Assembly (NCBI GenBank): GCA_053919585.1
Contig: CM132795.1
From: Euprymna scolopes
Lineage: Eukaryota
Strand: one strand, 5' to 3'
Length of the DNA: 64,000 nucleotides
Every line of letters begins with the position of its first letter. Within the stretch, counting starts at the first letter, position 1. The position numbers and the translations under genes were made by a program. This document shows, in pieces, positions 38,201 through 52,538 of this stretch. A model generated the notes under the pieces. The model did not search any database and was not told the DNA's origin. It saw only the letters and a list, made by a program, of their open reading frames with translations.

Positions 38201-41200
38201 ATATATTGACAGTCTTGGAACTGATTGTTTCTGTTTTTTGAAAAAAACTGTCGTCGTGTGTGCTTTGATACTATTTTATTTTTAACGATATATTGAAAGT
38301 CTTGGAACTGATTGTTTCTGTTTTTTGAAAAAAAATGTTGTCGTGTGTGCTTTGATACTATTTTATTTTTAACGATATATTGAAAGTCTTGGCATTGATT
38401 GTTTCTGTTTTTTGAAAAAAAATGTCGTGTGTGCTTTGATACTATTTTATTTTTAACGATATATTGAAAGTCTTGGAACTGATTGTTTCTGTTTTTTGAA
38501 AAAAAATGTTGTCGTGTGTGCTTTGATACTATTTTATTTTTAACGATATATTGAAAGTCTTGGAACTGATTGTTTCTGTTTTTTGAAAAAACATGTTGTC
38601 GTGTGTGCTTTGATACTATTTTATTTTTAACGATAAATTGAAAGTCTTGGAACTGATTGTTTCTGTTTTTTGAAAAAAAATGTTGTCGTGTGTGCTTTGA
38701 TACTATTTTATTTTTAACGATATATTGAAAGTCTTGGAACTGATTGTTTCTGTTTTTTGAAAAAAAAATTTGTCGTGTGTGCTTTGATACTATTTTATTT
38801 TTAACGATATATTGAAAGTCTTGGAACTGATTGTTTCTGTTTTTTGAAAAAAAAATGTTGTCGTGTGTGCTTTGATACTATTTTATTTTTAACGATAAAT
38901 TGAAAGTCTTGGAACTGATTGTTTCTGTTTCTTGATAAAACATGTTGTCGTGTGTGCTTTGATACTATTTTATTTTTAACGATATATTGAAAGTCTTGGA
39001 ACTGATTGTTTTTGTTTTTTGAAAAAAAATGTTGTCGTGTGTGCTTTGATACTATTTTATGTTTAACGATATACTGAAAGTCTTGGAACTGATTGTTTCT
39101 GTTTTTTGAAAAAAAAATGTTGTCGTGTGTGCTTTGTTACTGTTTTATTTTTAACGATATATTGGAAGTCTTGGAACTGATTGTTTCTGTTTCTTGAAAA
39201 AAAATGTTGTCGTGTGTGCTTTGATACTTTTTTATTTTTAACGATATATTGAAAGTCTTGGAACTGATTGTTTCTGTTTCTTGAAAAAACATGTTGTCGC
39301 GTGTGCTTTGATACTATTTTATTTTTAACGATAAATTGAAAGTCTTGGAACTGATTGTTTCTGTTTTTTTTTTTAAACATGTTGTCGTGTGTGCTTTGAT
39401 ACTATTTTATTTTTAACGATAAATTGAAAGTCTTGGAACTGATTGTTTCTGTTTTTTGAAAAAAAAATGTTGTCGTGTGTGCTTTGATACTATTTTATTG
39501 TTAACGATATATTGAAAGTCTTGGAACTGATTGTTTCTGTTTTTTGAAAAAAAATGTTGTCGTGTGTGCTTTGATACTATTTTATTTTTAACGATATATT
39601 GAAAGTCTTGTAACATATTGTTTCTGTTTTTTGAAAAAAATGTTGTCGTGTGTGCTTTGATACTATTTTATTTTTAAGGATAAATTTAAAGTCTTGGAAC
39701 TGATTGTTTCTGTTTTTTGAAAAAAAAATGTCGTCGTGTGTGCTTTGATACTATTTTATTTTTAACGATATATTGAAAGTCTTGGAACTGATTGTTTCTG
39801 TTTTTTGAAAAAAAATGTTGTCGTGTGTGCTTTGATACTATTTTATTTTTAACGATAAATTGAAAGTCTTGGCATTGATTGTTTCTGTTGTTTGAAAAAA
39901 AATGTCGTGTGTGCTTTGATACTATTTTATTTTTAACGATATATTGAAAGTCTTGGAACTGATTGTTTCTGTTTTTTGAAAAAAAAATGTTGTCGTGTGT
40001 GCTTTGATACTATTTTATTTTTAACGATATATTGAAAGTCTTGGAACTGATTGTTTCTGTTTTTTGAAAAAACATGTTGTCGTGTGTGCTTTGATACTAT
40101 TTTATTTTTAACGATAAATTGAAAGTCTTGGAACTGATTGTTTCTGTTTTTTTGAAAAAAAATGTCGTGTGTGCTTTGATACTATTTTATTTTTAACGAT
40201 ATATTGAAAGTCTTGGAACTGATTGTTTCTGTTTTTTGAAAAAAAAATTTGTCGTGTGTGCTTTGATACTATTTTATTTTTAACGATATATTGAAAGTCT
40301 TGGAACTGATTGTTTCTGTTTTTTGAAAAAAAATGTTGTCGTGTGTGCTTTGATACTATTTTATTTTTAACGATATATTGAAAGTCTTGGAACTGATTGT
40401 TTCTGTTTTTTGAAAATAAATGTTGTCGTGTGTGCTTTGATACTATTTTATTTTTTAACGATAAATTGAAAGTCTTGGAACTGATTGTTTCTGTTGTTTG
40501 AAAAAAAATGTTTTGTGTGCTTTGATACTATTTTTTTAACGATATATTTAAAGTCTTGGAACTGATTGTTTCTGTTTTTTGAAAAAATATGTTGTCGTTT
40601 GTGCTTTGATACTATTTTATTTTTAACGATATATTGAAAGTCTTGGAACTGATTGTTTCTGTTTTTTGAAAAAAAAATGTTGTCGTGTGTGCTTTGATAC
40701 TATTTTATTTTTAACGAAATATTAAAAGTCTTGGAACTGATGTTTTCTGTTTCTTGAAAAAACATGTTGTCGTGTGTGCTTTGTTACTATTTTATTTTTA
40801 ACGATATATGTAAAGTCTTGGAACTGATTGTTTCTGTTTTTTGAAAAAAAAATGTTGTCGTGTGTGCTTTGATACTATTTTATTTTTAACGATAAATTGA
40901 AAGTCTTGGAACTGATTGTTTCTGTTTCTTGAAAAAACATGTTGTCGTGTGTGCTTTGATACTATTTTATTTTTAACGATATATTGAAAGTCTTGGAACT
41001 GATTGTTTTTGTTTTTTCAAAAAAAATGTTGTCGTGTGTGCTTTGATACTATTTTATTTTTAACGATATACTGAACGTCTTGGAACTGATTGTTTCTGTT
41101 TTTTGAAAAAAAAATGTTGTCGTGTGTGCTTTGTTACTATTTTATTTTTAAAGATATATTGGAAGTCTTGGAACTGATTGTTTCTGTTTCTTGAAAAAAA

Positions 41201-44200
41201 ATGTTGTCGTGTGTGCTTTGATACTTTTTTATTTTTAACGATATATTGAAAGTCTTGGAACTGATTGTTTCTGTTTCTTGAAAAAACATGTTGTCGCGTG
41301 TGCTTTGATACTATTTTATTTTTAACGATAAATTGAAAGTCTTGGAACTGATTGTTTCTGTTTTTTTTTAAAACATGTTGTCGTGTGTGCTTTGATACTA
41401 TTTTATTTTTAACGATAAATTGAAAGTCTTGGAACTGATTGTTTCTGTTTTTTGAAAAAAAAATGTTGTCGTGTGTGCTTTGATAATATTTTATTTTTAA
41501 CGATATCTTGAAAGTCTTGGAACTGATTGTTTCTGTTTTTTGAAAAAAAATGTTGTCGTGTGTGCTTTGATACTATTTTATTTTTAACGATATATTGAAA
41601 GTCTTGTAACTAATTGTTTCTGTTTTTTGAAAAAAATGTTGTCGTGTGTGCTTTGATACTATTTTATTTTTAAGGATAAATTTAAAGTCTTGGAACTGAT
41701 TGTTTCTGTTTTTTGAAAAAAAAATGTCGTCGTGTGTGCTTTGATACTATTTTATTTTTAACGATATATTGAAAGTCTTGGAACTGATTGTTTCTGTTTT
41801 TTGAAAAAAAATGTTGTCGTGTGTGCTTTGATACTATTTTATTTTTAACGATAAATTGAAAGTCTTGGCATTGATTGTTTCTGTTGTTTGAAAAAAAATG
41901 TCGTGTGTGCTTTGATACTATTTTATTTTTAACGATATATTGAAAGTCTTGGAACTGATTGTTTCTGTTTTTTGAAAAAAAAATGTTGTCGTGTGTGCTT
42001 TGATACTATTTTATTTTTAACGATATATTGAAAGTCTTGGAACTGATTGTTTCTGTTTTTTGAAAAAACATGTTGTCGTGTGTGCTTTGATACTATTTTA
42101 TTTTTAACGATAAATTGAAAGTCTTGGAACTGATTGTTTCTGTTTTTTTGAAAAAAAATGTCGTGTGTGCTTTGATACTATTTTATTTTTAACGATATAT
42201 TGAAAGTCTTGGAACTGATTGTTTCTGTTTTTTGAAAAAAAAATTTGTCGTGTGTGCTTTGATACTATTTTATTTTTAACGATATATTGAAAGTCTTGGA
42301 ACTGATTGTTTCTGTTTCTTGAAAAAAAATGTTGTCGTGTGTGCTTTGATACTATTTTATTTTTAACGATATATTGAAAGTCTTGGAACTGATTGTTTCT
42401 GTTTTTTGAAAATAAATGTTGTCGTGTGTGCTTTGATACTATTTTATTTTTAACGATAAATTGAAAGTCTTGGAACTGATTGTTTCTGTTTTTTGAAAAA
42501 AAAATGTTTTGTGTGCTTTGATACTATTTTTTTAACGATATATTTAAAGTCTTGGAACTGATTGTTTCTGTTTTTTGAAAAAATATGTTGTCGTGTGTGC
42601 TTTGATACTATTTTATTTTTAACGATATATTGAAAGTCTTGGAACTGATTGTTTCTGTTTTTTGAAAAAAAAATGTTGTCGTGTGTGCTTTGATACTATT
42701 TTATTTTTAACGAAATATTAAAAGTCTTGGAACTGATGTTTTCTGTTTCTTGAAAAAACATGTTGTCGTGTGTGCTTTGTTACTATTTTATTTTTAACGA
42801 TATATGTAAAGTCTTGGAACTGATTGTTTCTGTTTTTTGAAAAAAAAATGTTGTCGTGTGTGCTTTGATACTATTTTATTTTTAACGATAAATTGAAAGT
42901 CTTGGAACTGATTGTTTCTGTTTCTTGAAAAAACATGTTGTCGTGTGTGCTTTGATACTATTTTATTTTTAACGATATATTGAAAGTCTTGGAACTGATT
43001 GCTTTTGTTTTTTCAAAAAAAATGTTGTCGTGTGTGCTTTGATACTATTTTATTTTTAACGATATACTGAACGTCTTGGAACTGATTGTTTCTGTTTTTT
43101 GAAAAAAAAATGTTGTCGTGTGTGCTTTGTTACTATTTTATTTTTAAAGATATATTGGAAGTCTTGGAACTGATTGTTTCTGTTTCTTGAAAAAAAATGT
43201 TGTCGTGTGTGCTTTGATACTTTTTTATTTTTAACGATATATTGAAAGTCTTGGAACTGATTGTTTCTGTTTCTTGAAAAAACATGTTGTCGCGTGTGCT
43301 TTGATACTATTTTATTTTTAACGATAAATTGAAAGTCTTGGAACTGATTGTTTCTGTTTTTTTTAAAAACATGTTGTCGTGTGTGCTTTGATACTATTTT
43401 ATTTTTAACGATAAATTGAAAGTCTTGGAACTGATTGTTTCTGTTTTTTGAAAAAAAAATGTTGTCGTGTGTGCTTTGATAATATTTTATTTTTAACGAT
43501 ATCTTGAAAGTCTTGGAACTGATTGTTTCTGTTTTTTGAAAAAAAATGTTGTCGTGTGTGCTTTGATACTATTTTATTTTTAACGATATATTGAAAGTCT
43601 TGTAACTAATTGTTTCTGTTTTTTGAAAAAAATGTTGTCGTGTGTGCTTTGATACTATTTTATTTTTAACGATAAATTTAAAGTCTTGGAACTGATTGTT
43701 TCTGTTTTTTGAAAAAAAAATGTCGTCGTGTGTGCTTTGATACTATTTTATTTTTAACGATATATTGAAAGTCTTGGAACTGATTGTTTCTGTTTTTTTA
43801 AAAAAAATGTTGTCGTGTGTGCTTTGATACTATTTTATTTTTAACGATAAATTGAAAGTCTTGGCATTGATTGTTTCTGTTTTTTGAAAAAAAATGTCGT
43901 GTGTGCTTTGATACTATTTTATTTTTAACGATATATTGAAAGTCTTGGAACTGATTGTTTCTGTTTTTTGAAAAAAAATGTTGTCGTGTGTGCTTTGATA
44001 CTATTTTATTTTTAACGATATATTGAAAGTCTTGGAACTGATTGTTTCTGTTTTTGGAAAAAAAATGTTGTCGTGTGTGCTTTGATACTATTTTATTTTT
44101 AACGATAAATTGAAAGTCTTGGAACTGATTGTTTCTGTTTTTTGAAAAAAAATGTTTCGTGTGTGCTTTGATACTATTTTATTTTAACGATATATTGAAA

Positions 44201-47200
44201 GTCTTGGAACTGATTGTTTCTGTTTCTTGAAAGAAAATGTTGTCGTGTGTGGTTTGATGCTATTTTATTTTAACGATAAATTGAAAGTCTTGGAACTGAT
44301 TGTTTCTGTTTTTTGAAAAAAAATGTTGTCGTGTGTGCTTTGATACTATTTTATTATTAACGATAAATTGAAAGTCTTGCAACTGATTGTTTCTGTTTTT
44401 TGAAAAAACATGTTGTCGTGTGTGGTTTGATGTTTTTTTATTTTTAACGATATATTGAAAGTCTAGGAACTGATTATATCTGTTTTTTGAAAAAGAATGT
44501 TGTCGTGTGCGCTTTGATACTACTTTATTTTTAACGATAAATTGAAAGTCTTGGAACTGATTGTTTCTGTTTTTTGAAAAAAAAATGTTGTCGTGTGTGC
44601 TTTGATACTATTTTATTTTTAACGATACATTGAAAGTCTTGGAACTGATTGTTTCTGTTTTTTGAAAAAAATGTTGTCGTGTGTGCTTTGATACTATTTT
44701 ATTTTTAACGATATATTGAAAGTCTTGGAACTGATTGTTTCTGTTTTTTGAAAAAACATGCTGTCATGTGTGCTTTGATACTATTTTTTTTTAACGATAT
44801 ATTGAAAGTCTTGGAACTGATTGTTTCTGTTTTTTGAAAAAACATGTTTTCGTGTGTGCTTTGATACTATTTTATTTTTAACGATAAATTTAAAGTCTTG
44901 GAACTGATTGTTTCTGTTTTTTGAAAAAAAAAATGTTGTCGTGTGTGCTTTGATACTATATTATTTTTAACGATATATTCAAAGTCTTGGAACTGATTGT
45001 TTCTTTTTCTTGAAAAAAAAATGTTGTCGTGTGTGCTTTGTTACTATTTTATTTTTAACGATATATTGAAAGTCTTGGAACTGATTGTTTCTGTTTTTGG
45101 AAAAAAAAATGTTGTCGTGTTTGCTTATATACTATTTTATTTTTAACGATAAATTGAAAGTCTTGGAACTGATTGTTTCTGTTTATTGAAAAAAAATTTG
45201 TCGTGTGTGCTTTTATACTATTTTATTTTTAACGATATATTGTAAGTCTTGGAACTGATTGTTTCTGTTTTTTGAAAAAAAAATATTGTCGTGTTTGCTT
45301 TGATACTATTTTATTCTTTACGATATATTGAAAGTCTTGGAACTGATTGTGTCTGTTTTTTGAAAAAAAATGTTGTCGTGTGTGCTTTGATACTATTTTA
45401 TTTTTAACGATAAATTGAAAGTCTTGAAACTGATTGTTTCTGTTTTTTGAAAAAAAAATTTGTCGTGTGTGCTTTGATACTATTTTATTCTTAACGATAA
45501 ATTGAAAGTCTTTGAACTAATTGTTTCTGTTTTTTGAAAAAAACATGTTGTCGTGTGTGCTTTGATACTCTTTTATTTTTAACGATATATTGAAAGTCTT
45601 GGAATTGATTGTTTCTGTTTATTGAATAAAAATGTTGTCGTGTGTGCTTTGATACTATTTTATTTTTAACGATAAATTGAAAGTCTTAGAACTAATTGTT
45701 TCTGTTTTTTGAAAAAAAAATGTTGTCGTGTGTGCTTTGATACTATTTTGTTTTTAACGATATTTTGAAAGTCTTGGAACTGATTGTTTCTGTTTTTTGA
45801 AAAAAAAATGTTGTCGTGTGTGCTTTGATACTATTTTATTTTTAACGATAAATTGAATGTCTTAGAACTAATTGTTTCGGTTTTTTGAAAAAAAAATGTT
45901 GTCGTGTGTGCTTTGATACTATTTTATTTTTAACGATAAATTGAAAGTCTTGGAACTGATTGTTTCTGTTTTTTGAAAAAAAATGTTGTCGTGTGTGCTT
46001 TGATACTATTTTATTTTTAACGATATATTCAAAGTCTTGGAACTGATTGTTTCTGTTTTTTGAAAAAAACATGTTGTCGTGTGTTCTTTGATACTATTTT
46101 ATTTTTAACGATACATTAAAAGTCTTGGAACTGATTGTTTCTGTTTTTTGAAAAAAAATGTTGTCGTGTGTGCTTTGATACTATTTTATTTTTAACGATA
46201 TATTCAAAGTCTTGGAACTGATTGTTTCTGTTTTTTGAAAAAAAAATGTCGTCGTGTGTGCTTTGATACTATTTTATTTTTAACGATATATTGAAAGTCT
46301 TGGAACTGATTGTTTCTGTTTTTTGAAAAAAAATGTTAACGTGTGTGCTTTGATACTATTTTATTTTTAACGATAAATTGAAAGTCTTGGAACTGATTGT
46401 TTCTGTTTTTTGAAAAAAAATGTCGTCGTGTGTGCTTTGATACTATTTTATTTTTAACGATAAATTTAAAGTCTTGGAACTGATTGTTTCTGTTTTTTGA
46501 AAAAAAATGTTGTCGTGTGTGCTTTGATACTATTTTATTTTTAACGATAAATTGAAAGTCTTGGAACTGATTGTTTCTGTTTTTTGAAAAAACATGTTGT
46601 CGTGTGTGCTTTGATACTATTTTATTTTTAACCATATATTGAAAGTCTTGGAACTGATTGTTTCTGTTTTTTGAAAAAAATGCTGTCGTGTGTGCTTTGA
46701 TACTATGTTATTTTTAACGATATATTCAAAGTCTTGGAACTGATTGTTTCTGTTTTTTGAAAAAAACATGTTGTCGTGTGTGCTTTGATACTATTTTATT
46801 TTTAACGATACATTAAAAGTCTTGAAACTGATTGTTTCTGTTTTTTGAAAAAAAATGTTGTCGTGTGTGCTTTGATACTATTTTATTTTTAACAATATAT
46901 CCAAAGTCTTGGAACTGATTGTTTCTGTTTTTTGAAAAAAAAATGTTGTCGTGTGTGCTTTGATACTATTTTATTTTTAACGATATATTGAAAGTCTTGG
47001 AACTGATTGTTTCTGTTTTTTGAAAAAAAATGTTAACGTGTGTGCTTTGATACTATTTTATTTTTAACGATAAATTGAAAGTCTTGGAACTGATTGTTTC
47101 TGTTTTTTGAAAAAAAATGTCGTCGTGTGTGCTTTGATACTATTTTATTTTTAACGATAAATTGAAAGTCTTGGAACTGATTGTTTCTGTTTTTTGAAAA

Positions 47201-50200
47201 AAAATGTTGTCGTGTGTGCTTTGATACTATTTTATTTTTAACGATAAATTGAAAGTCTTGGAACTGATTGTTTCTGTTGTTTGAAAAAACATGGTGTCGT
47301 GTGTGCTTTGATACTATTTTATTTTTAACGATATATTGAAAGTCTTGGAACTGATTGTTTCTGTTTTTTGAAAAAAATGCTGTCGTGTGTGCTTTGATAC
47401 TATTTTATTTTTAACGATAAATTGAAAGTCTTGGAACTGATTGTTTCTGTTTCTTGAAAAAAAAATGTTGTCGTGTGTGCTTTGATACTTTTTTATTTTT
47501 AACGATATATTGAAAGTCTTGGAACTGATTGTTTCTGTTTCTTGAAAAAAAATGTTGTCGTGTGTGCTTTGATACTATTTTATTTTTAACGATATATTGA
47601 AAGTCTTGGAACTGATTGTTTCTGTTTTTTGAAAAAAAATGTTGTCGTGTGTGCTTTGATACTATTTTATTTTTAACGATATATTGAAAGTCTTGGAACT
47701 GATTGTTTCTGTTTTTTGAAAAAAAAAATGTTATCGGGTTTGCTTTGATACTATTTCATTTTTAACGATATATTGAAAGTCTTGGAACTGATTGTTTCTG
47801 TTTTTTGAAAAAAAATGTTGTCGTGTGTGCTTTGATACTATTTTATTTTTAACGATATATTGAAAGTCTTGGAACTGATTGTTTCTGTTTCTTGAAAAAA
47901 CATGTTGTCGTGTGTGCTTTGATACTTTTTTTAACGATATATTGAAAGTCTTGGAACTGATTGTTTCTGTTTTTTGAAAAAAAATGTTGTCGTGTGTGCT
48001 TTGATACTATTTTATTTTTAACGATATATTGAAAGTCTTGGAACTGATTGTTTCTGTTTTTTGAAAAAAAATGTTGTCGTGTGTGCTTTGTTACTATTTA
48101 TTTTTAACGATATATTGAAAGTCTTGGAACTGATTGTTTCTGTTTCTTGAAAAAAAATGTTGTCGTGTGTGCTTTGATACTTTTTTATTTTTAACGATAT
48201 ATGTAAAGTCTTGGAACTGATTGTTTCTGTTTCTAGAAAAAAAATGTTGTCGTGTGTGCTTTGATACTATTTTATTTTTAACGATAAATTGAAAGTCTTG
48301 GAACTGATTGTTTCTGTTTTTTGAAAAAACATGTTGTCGTGTGTGCTTTGATACTATTTTATTTTTAACGATAAATTGAAACTCTTGGAACTGATTGTTT
48401 CTGTTTTTTGAAAAAAAAATGTTGTCGTGTGTGCTTTGATGCTATTTTATTTTTAACGATAAATTGAAAGTCTTGGAACTGATTGTTTCTGTTTTTTGAA
48501 AAAAAATGTTGTCGTGTGTGCTTTGTTACTATTATATTTTTCACGATAAATTGAAAGTCTTGGAACTGATTGTTTCTGTTTTTTGAAAAAAAAATGTTGT
48601 CGTGTGTGCTTTGATACTATTTTATTTTTAATTATAAATTGAAAGTCTTGGAACTGATTGTTTCTGTTTCTTGAAAAAAAAATGTTGTCGTGTGTGCTTT
48701 GATGCTATTTTATTTTTAACGATAAATTTAAAGTCTTGGAACTGATTGTTTCTGTTTCTTAAAAAAACATGTTGTCGTGTGTGCTTTGATACTATTTTAT
48801 TTTTAACGATACATTTAAAGTCTTGGAATTGATTGTTTCTGTTTCTTGAAAAAAAATGTTGTCGTGTGTGCTTTGATACAATTTAATTTTTACGATAAAT
48901 TGAAAGTCTTCGAACTAATTGTTTCTGTTTTTTGAAAAAACATGTTGTCGTGTGTGCTTTGATACTATTTTATTTTTAACGATACATTGAAAGTCTTGGA
49001 ACTGATTGTTTCTGTTTTTAAAAAAAATGTTGTCGTGTGTGCTTTGATACTATTTTATTTTTAACGATATATTGAAAGTCTTGGAACTGATTGTTTCTGT
49101 TTTTGGAAAAAAAAATGTTGTCGTGTGTGCTTTGATACTATTTTATTTTTAACGATATATTGAAAGTCTTGGAACTGATTGTTTCTGTTTTTTGAAAAAA
49201 AATGTTAACGTGTGTGCTTTGATACTATTTTATTTTTAACGATAAATTGAAAGTCTTGGAACTGATTGTTTCTGTTTTTTGAAAAAAATTTTTGTCGTGC
49301 GTGCTTTGATACTGTTTTATTTTTAACGATATATTGAAAGTCTTGGAACTGATTGGTTCTGTTTTTTGAAAAAACATGTTGTCGTGTGTGCTTTGATACT
49401 ATTTTATTTTTAACGATAAATTGAAAGTCTTGGAACTGATTGTTTCTGTTTTTTGAAAAAAAATGTTGTCGTGTGTGCTTTGATACTATTTTATTTTTAA
49501 CGATATATTGAAAGTCTTGGAACTGATTGTTTCTGTTTTTTGAAAAAAAATGTTGTCGTGTGTGCTTTGATACTATTTTATTTTTAACGATATATTGAAA
49601 GTCTTGTAACTAATTGTTTCTGTTTTTTGAAAAAAATGTTGTCGTGTGTGCTTTGATACTATTTTATTTTTAACGATAAATTGAAAGTCTTGGAACTGAT
49701 TGTTTCTGTTTTTTGAAAAAAAAATGTTGTCGTGTGTGCTTTGATACTATTTTATTTTTAACGATATATTGAAAGTCTTGGAACTGATTGTTTCTGTTTT
49801 TTGAAAAAAAATGTTGTCGTGTGTGCTTTGATACTATTTTATTTTTAACGATAAATTGAAAGTCTTGGCTTTATTGTTTCTGTTTTTTGAAAAAAAATGT
49901 CGTGTGTGCTTTGATACTTTTTTATTTTTAACGATATATTGAAAGTCTTGGAACTGATTGTTTCTGTTTTTTGAAAAAAAATGTTGTCGTGTGTGCTTTG
50001 ATACTATTTTATTTTTAACGATAAATTGAAAGTCTTGGAACTGATTGTTTCTGTTTTTTGAAAAAAAATGTTTTGTGTGTGCTTTGATACTATTTTATTT
50101 TAACGATATATTGAAAGTCTTGGAACTGATTGTTTCTGTTTCTTGAAAGAAAATGTTGTCGTGTGTGGTTTGATGCTATTTTATTTTTAACCATATATTG

Positions 50201-52219
50201 AAAGTCTTGGAACTGATTGTTTCTGTTTCTTGAAAAAAAAATGTTGTCGTGTGTGCTTTGTTACTATTTTATTTTTAACGATATATTGAAAGTCTTGGAA
50301 CTGATTGTTTCTGTTTTTGGAAAAAAAATGTTGTCGTGTTTGCTTATATACTATTTTATTTTTAACGATAAATTGAAAGTCTTGGAACTGATTGTTTCTG
50401 TTTCTTGAAAAAAAAATGTTGTCGTGTGTGCTTTGATACTATTTTATTTTTAACGATATATTGTAAGTCTTGGAACTGATTGTTTCTGTTTTTTGAAAAA
50501 AAAATGTTGTCGTGTTTGCTTTGATACTATTTTATTCTTTACGATATATTGAAAGTCTTGGAACTGATTGTTTCTGTTTTTTGAAAAAAAATGTTGTCGT
50601 GTGTGCTTTGATACTATTTTATTTTTAACGATAAATTGAAAGTCTTGAAACTGATTGTATCTGTTTTTTGAAAAAAAAATTTGTAGTGTGTGCTTTGATA
50701 CTATTTTATTCTTAACGATAAATTGAAAGTCTTGGAACTGATTGTTTCTGTTTTTTGAAAAAAACATGTTGTCGTGTGTGCTTTGATACTCTTTTATTTT
50801 TAACGATATATTGAAAGTCTTGGAATTGATTGTTTCTGTTTCTTGAAAAAAAATGTTGTCGTGTGTGCTTTGATACTATTTTATTTTTAACGATAAATTG
50901 AAAGTCTTAGAACTAATTGTTTCTGTTTTTTGAAAAAAAAATGTTGTCGTGTGTGCTTTGATACTATTTTATTTTTAACGATATTTTGAAAGTCTTGGAA
51001 CTGATTGTTTCTGTTTTTTGAAAAAAAATGTTGTCGTCTGTGCTTTGATACTATTTTATTTTTAACGATATATTGAAAGTCTTGGAACTGATTGTTTTTT
51101 TTGTTTTTTTTTTTAAATGTTAACGTGTGTGCTTTGATACTATTTTATTTTTAACGATATTTTGAAAGTCTTGGAACTGATTGTTTCTGTTTTTTGAAAA
51201 AAAATGTTGTCGTCTGTGCTTTGATACTATTTTATTTTTAACGATAAATTGAATGTCTTAGAACTAATTGTTTCTGTTTTTGAAAAAAAAATGTTGTCGT
51301 GTGTGCTTTGATACTATTTTATTTTTAACGATAAATTGAAAGTCTTGGAACTGATTGTTTCTGTTTTTTGAAAAAAAATGTTGTCGTGTGTGCTTTGATA
51401 CTATTTTATTTTTAACGATATATCCAAAGTGTTGGAACTGATTGTTTCTGTTTTTTGAAAAAACATGTTGTCGTGTGTGCTTTGATACTATTTTATTTTT
51501 AACGATACATTAAAAGTCTTGGAACTGATTGTTTCTGTTTTTTGAAAAAAAATGTTGTCGTGTGTGCTTTGATACTATTTTATTTTTAACGATATATTGA
51601 AAGTCTTGGAACTGATTGTTTCTGTTTTTGGAAAAAAAAATGTTGTCGTGTGTGCTTTGATACTATTTTATTTTTAACGATATATTGAAAGTCTTGGAAC
51701 TGATTGTTTTTTTTGTTTTTTTTTAAATGTTAACGTGTGTGCTTTGATACTATTTTATTTTTAACGATAAATTGAAAGTCTTGGAACTGATTGTTTCTGT
51801 TTTTTGAAAAAAAATGTTGTCGTGTGTGCTTTGATACTATTTTATTTTTAACGATAAATTGAAAGTCTTGGAACTGATTGTTTCTGTTTTTTGAAAAAAC
51901 ATGTTGTCGTGTGTGCTTTGATACTATTTTATTTTTAACGATATATTGAAAGTCTTGGAACTGATTGTTTCTGTTTTTTGAAAAAAAATGTTCTGTGTGC
52001 TTTGATACTATTTTTTTTTTAACGATGAATTGAAAGTCTTGGAACTGATTGTTTCTGTTTTTTGAAATAAATGCTGTCGTGTGTGCTTTGATACTATTTT
52101 ATTTTTAACGATAAATTGAAAGTCTTCGAACTGATTGTTTCTGTTTAAAAAAAAAATGTTGTCGTGTGTGCTTTGATACTATTTTATTTTTAACGATAAA
52201 TTGAAAGCATTTAAACTGA
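14219..52219 (+). repeat. ~38-kb satellite DNA array, 87-bp monomer, ~435 head-to-tail copies
   Basis: Consensus AACGATAWATTGAAAGTCTTGGAACTGATTGTTTCTGTTTTTTGAAAAAAAATGTTGTCGTGTGTGCTTTGATACTATTTTATTTTT (87 nt). Single orientation, no foreign insertions seen; length varies mainly in the T6-G-A(7-10) tract. Confidence 0.99.
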
Positions 52220-52538
52220 CGAATAGACGGTCGTTACTGTCGATATTTGTTGTCGAAAAGAAAAGATGATATAATGTAGAAAGTTATACTTTTGAAAATT
52301 TAATTGAAAAAAAAATGGAGATATTTAAACTGAGGCATAGAAATAGTTTAACTTTAAAAATAAAGAGTTGAGAAAAGATAGTTTTACATAAGGATATAGA
52401 GAGATGGATAATTTACACTAATCCTTAGAGAAAAAAGTAACCACCGGTACTGACGTTGTTCGGATTTTTATAATGCATCCAGATAAGGATATGATATGGC
52501 GTGCTCAATTTTTAGATGCTTTTGTGATCAAGTTGAGT

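Noticed and set aside
14544-50767. Repetitive minus-strand ORFs (KNKIVSKHTRQHFFSKNRNNQFQDFQFIV)n as a repeat protein gene
   Set aside because: The 87-bp monomer equals 29 codons and is stop-free in one frame by chance. A/T-tract length varies freely by 1-2 nt, shifting the frame every few monomers, so there is no sign of frame conservation.
14219-52219. CRISPR-like array
   Set aside because: No unique spacers, no cas genes and a eukaryotic context; the whole unit is repeated.
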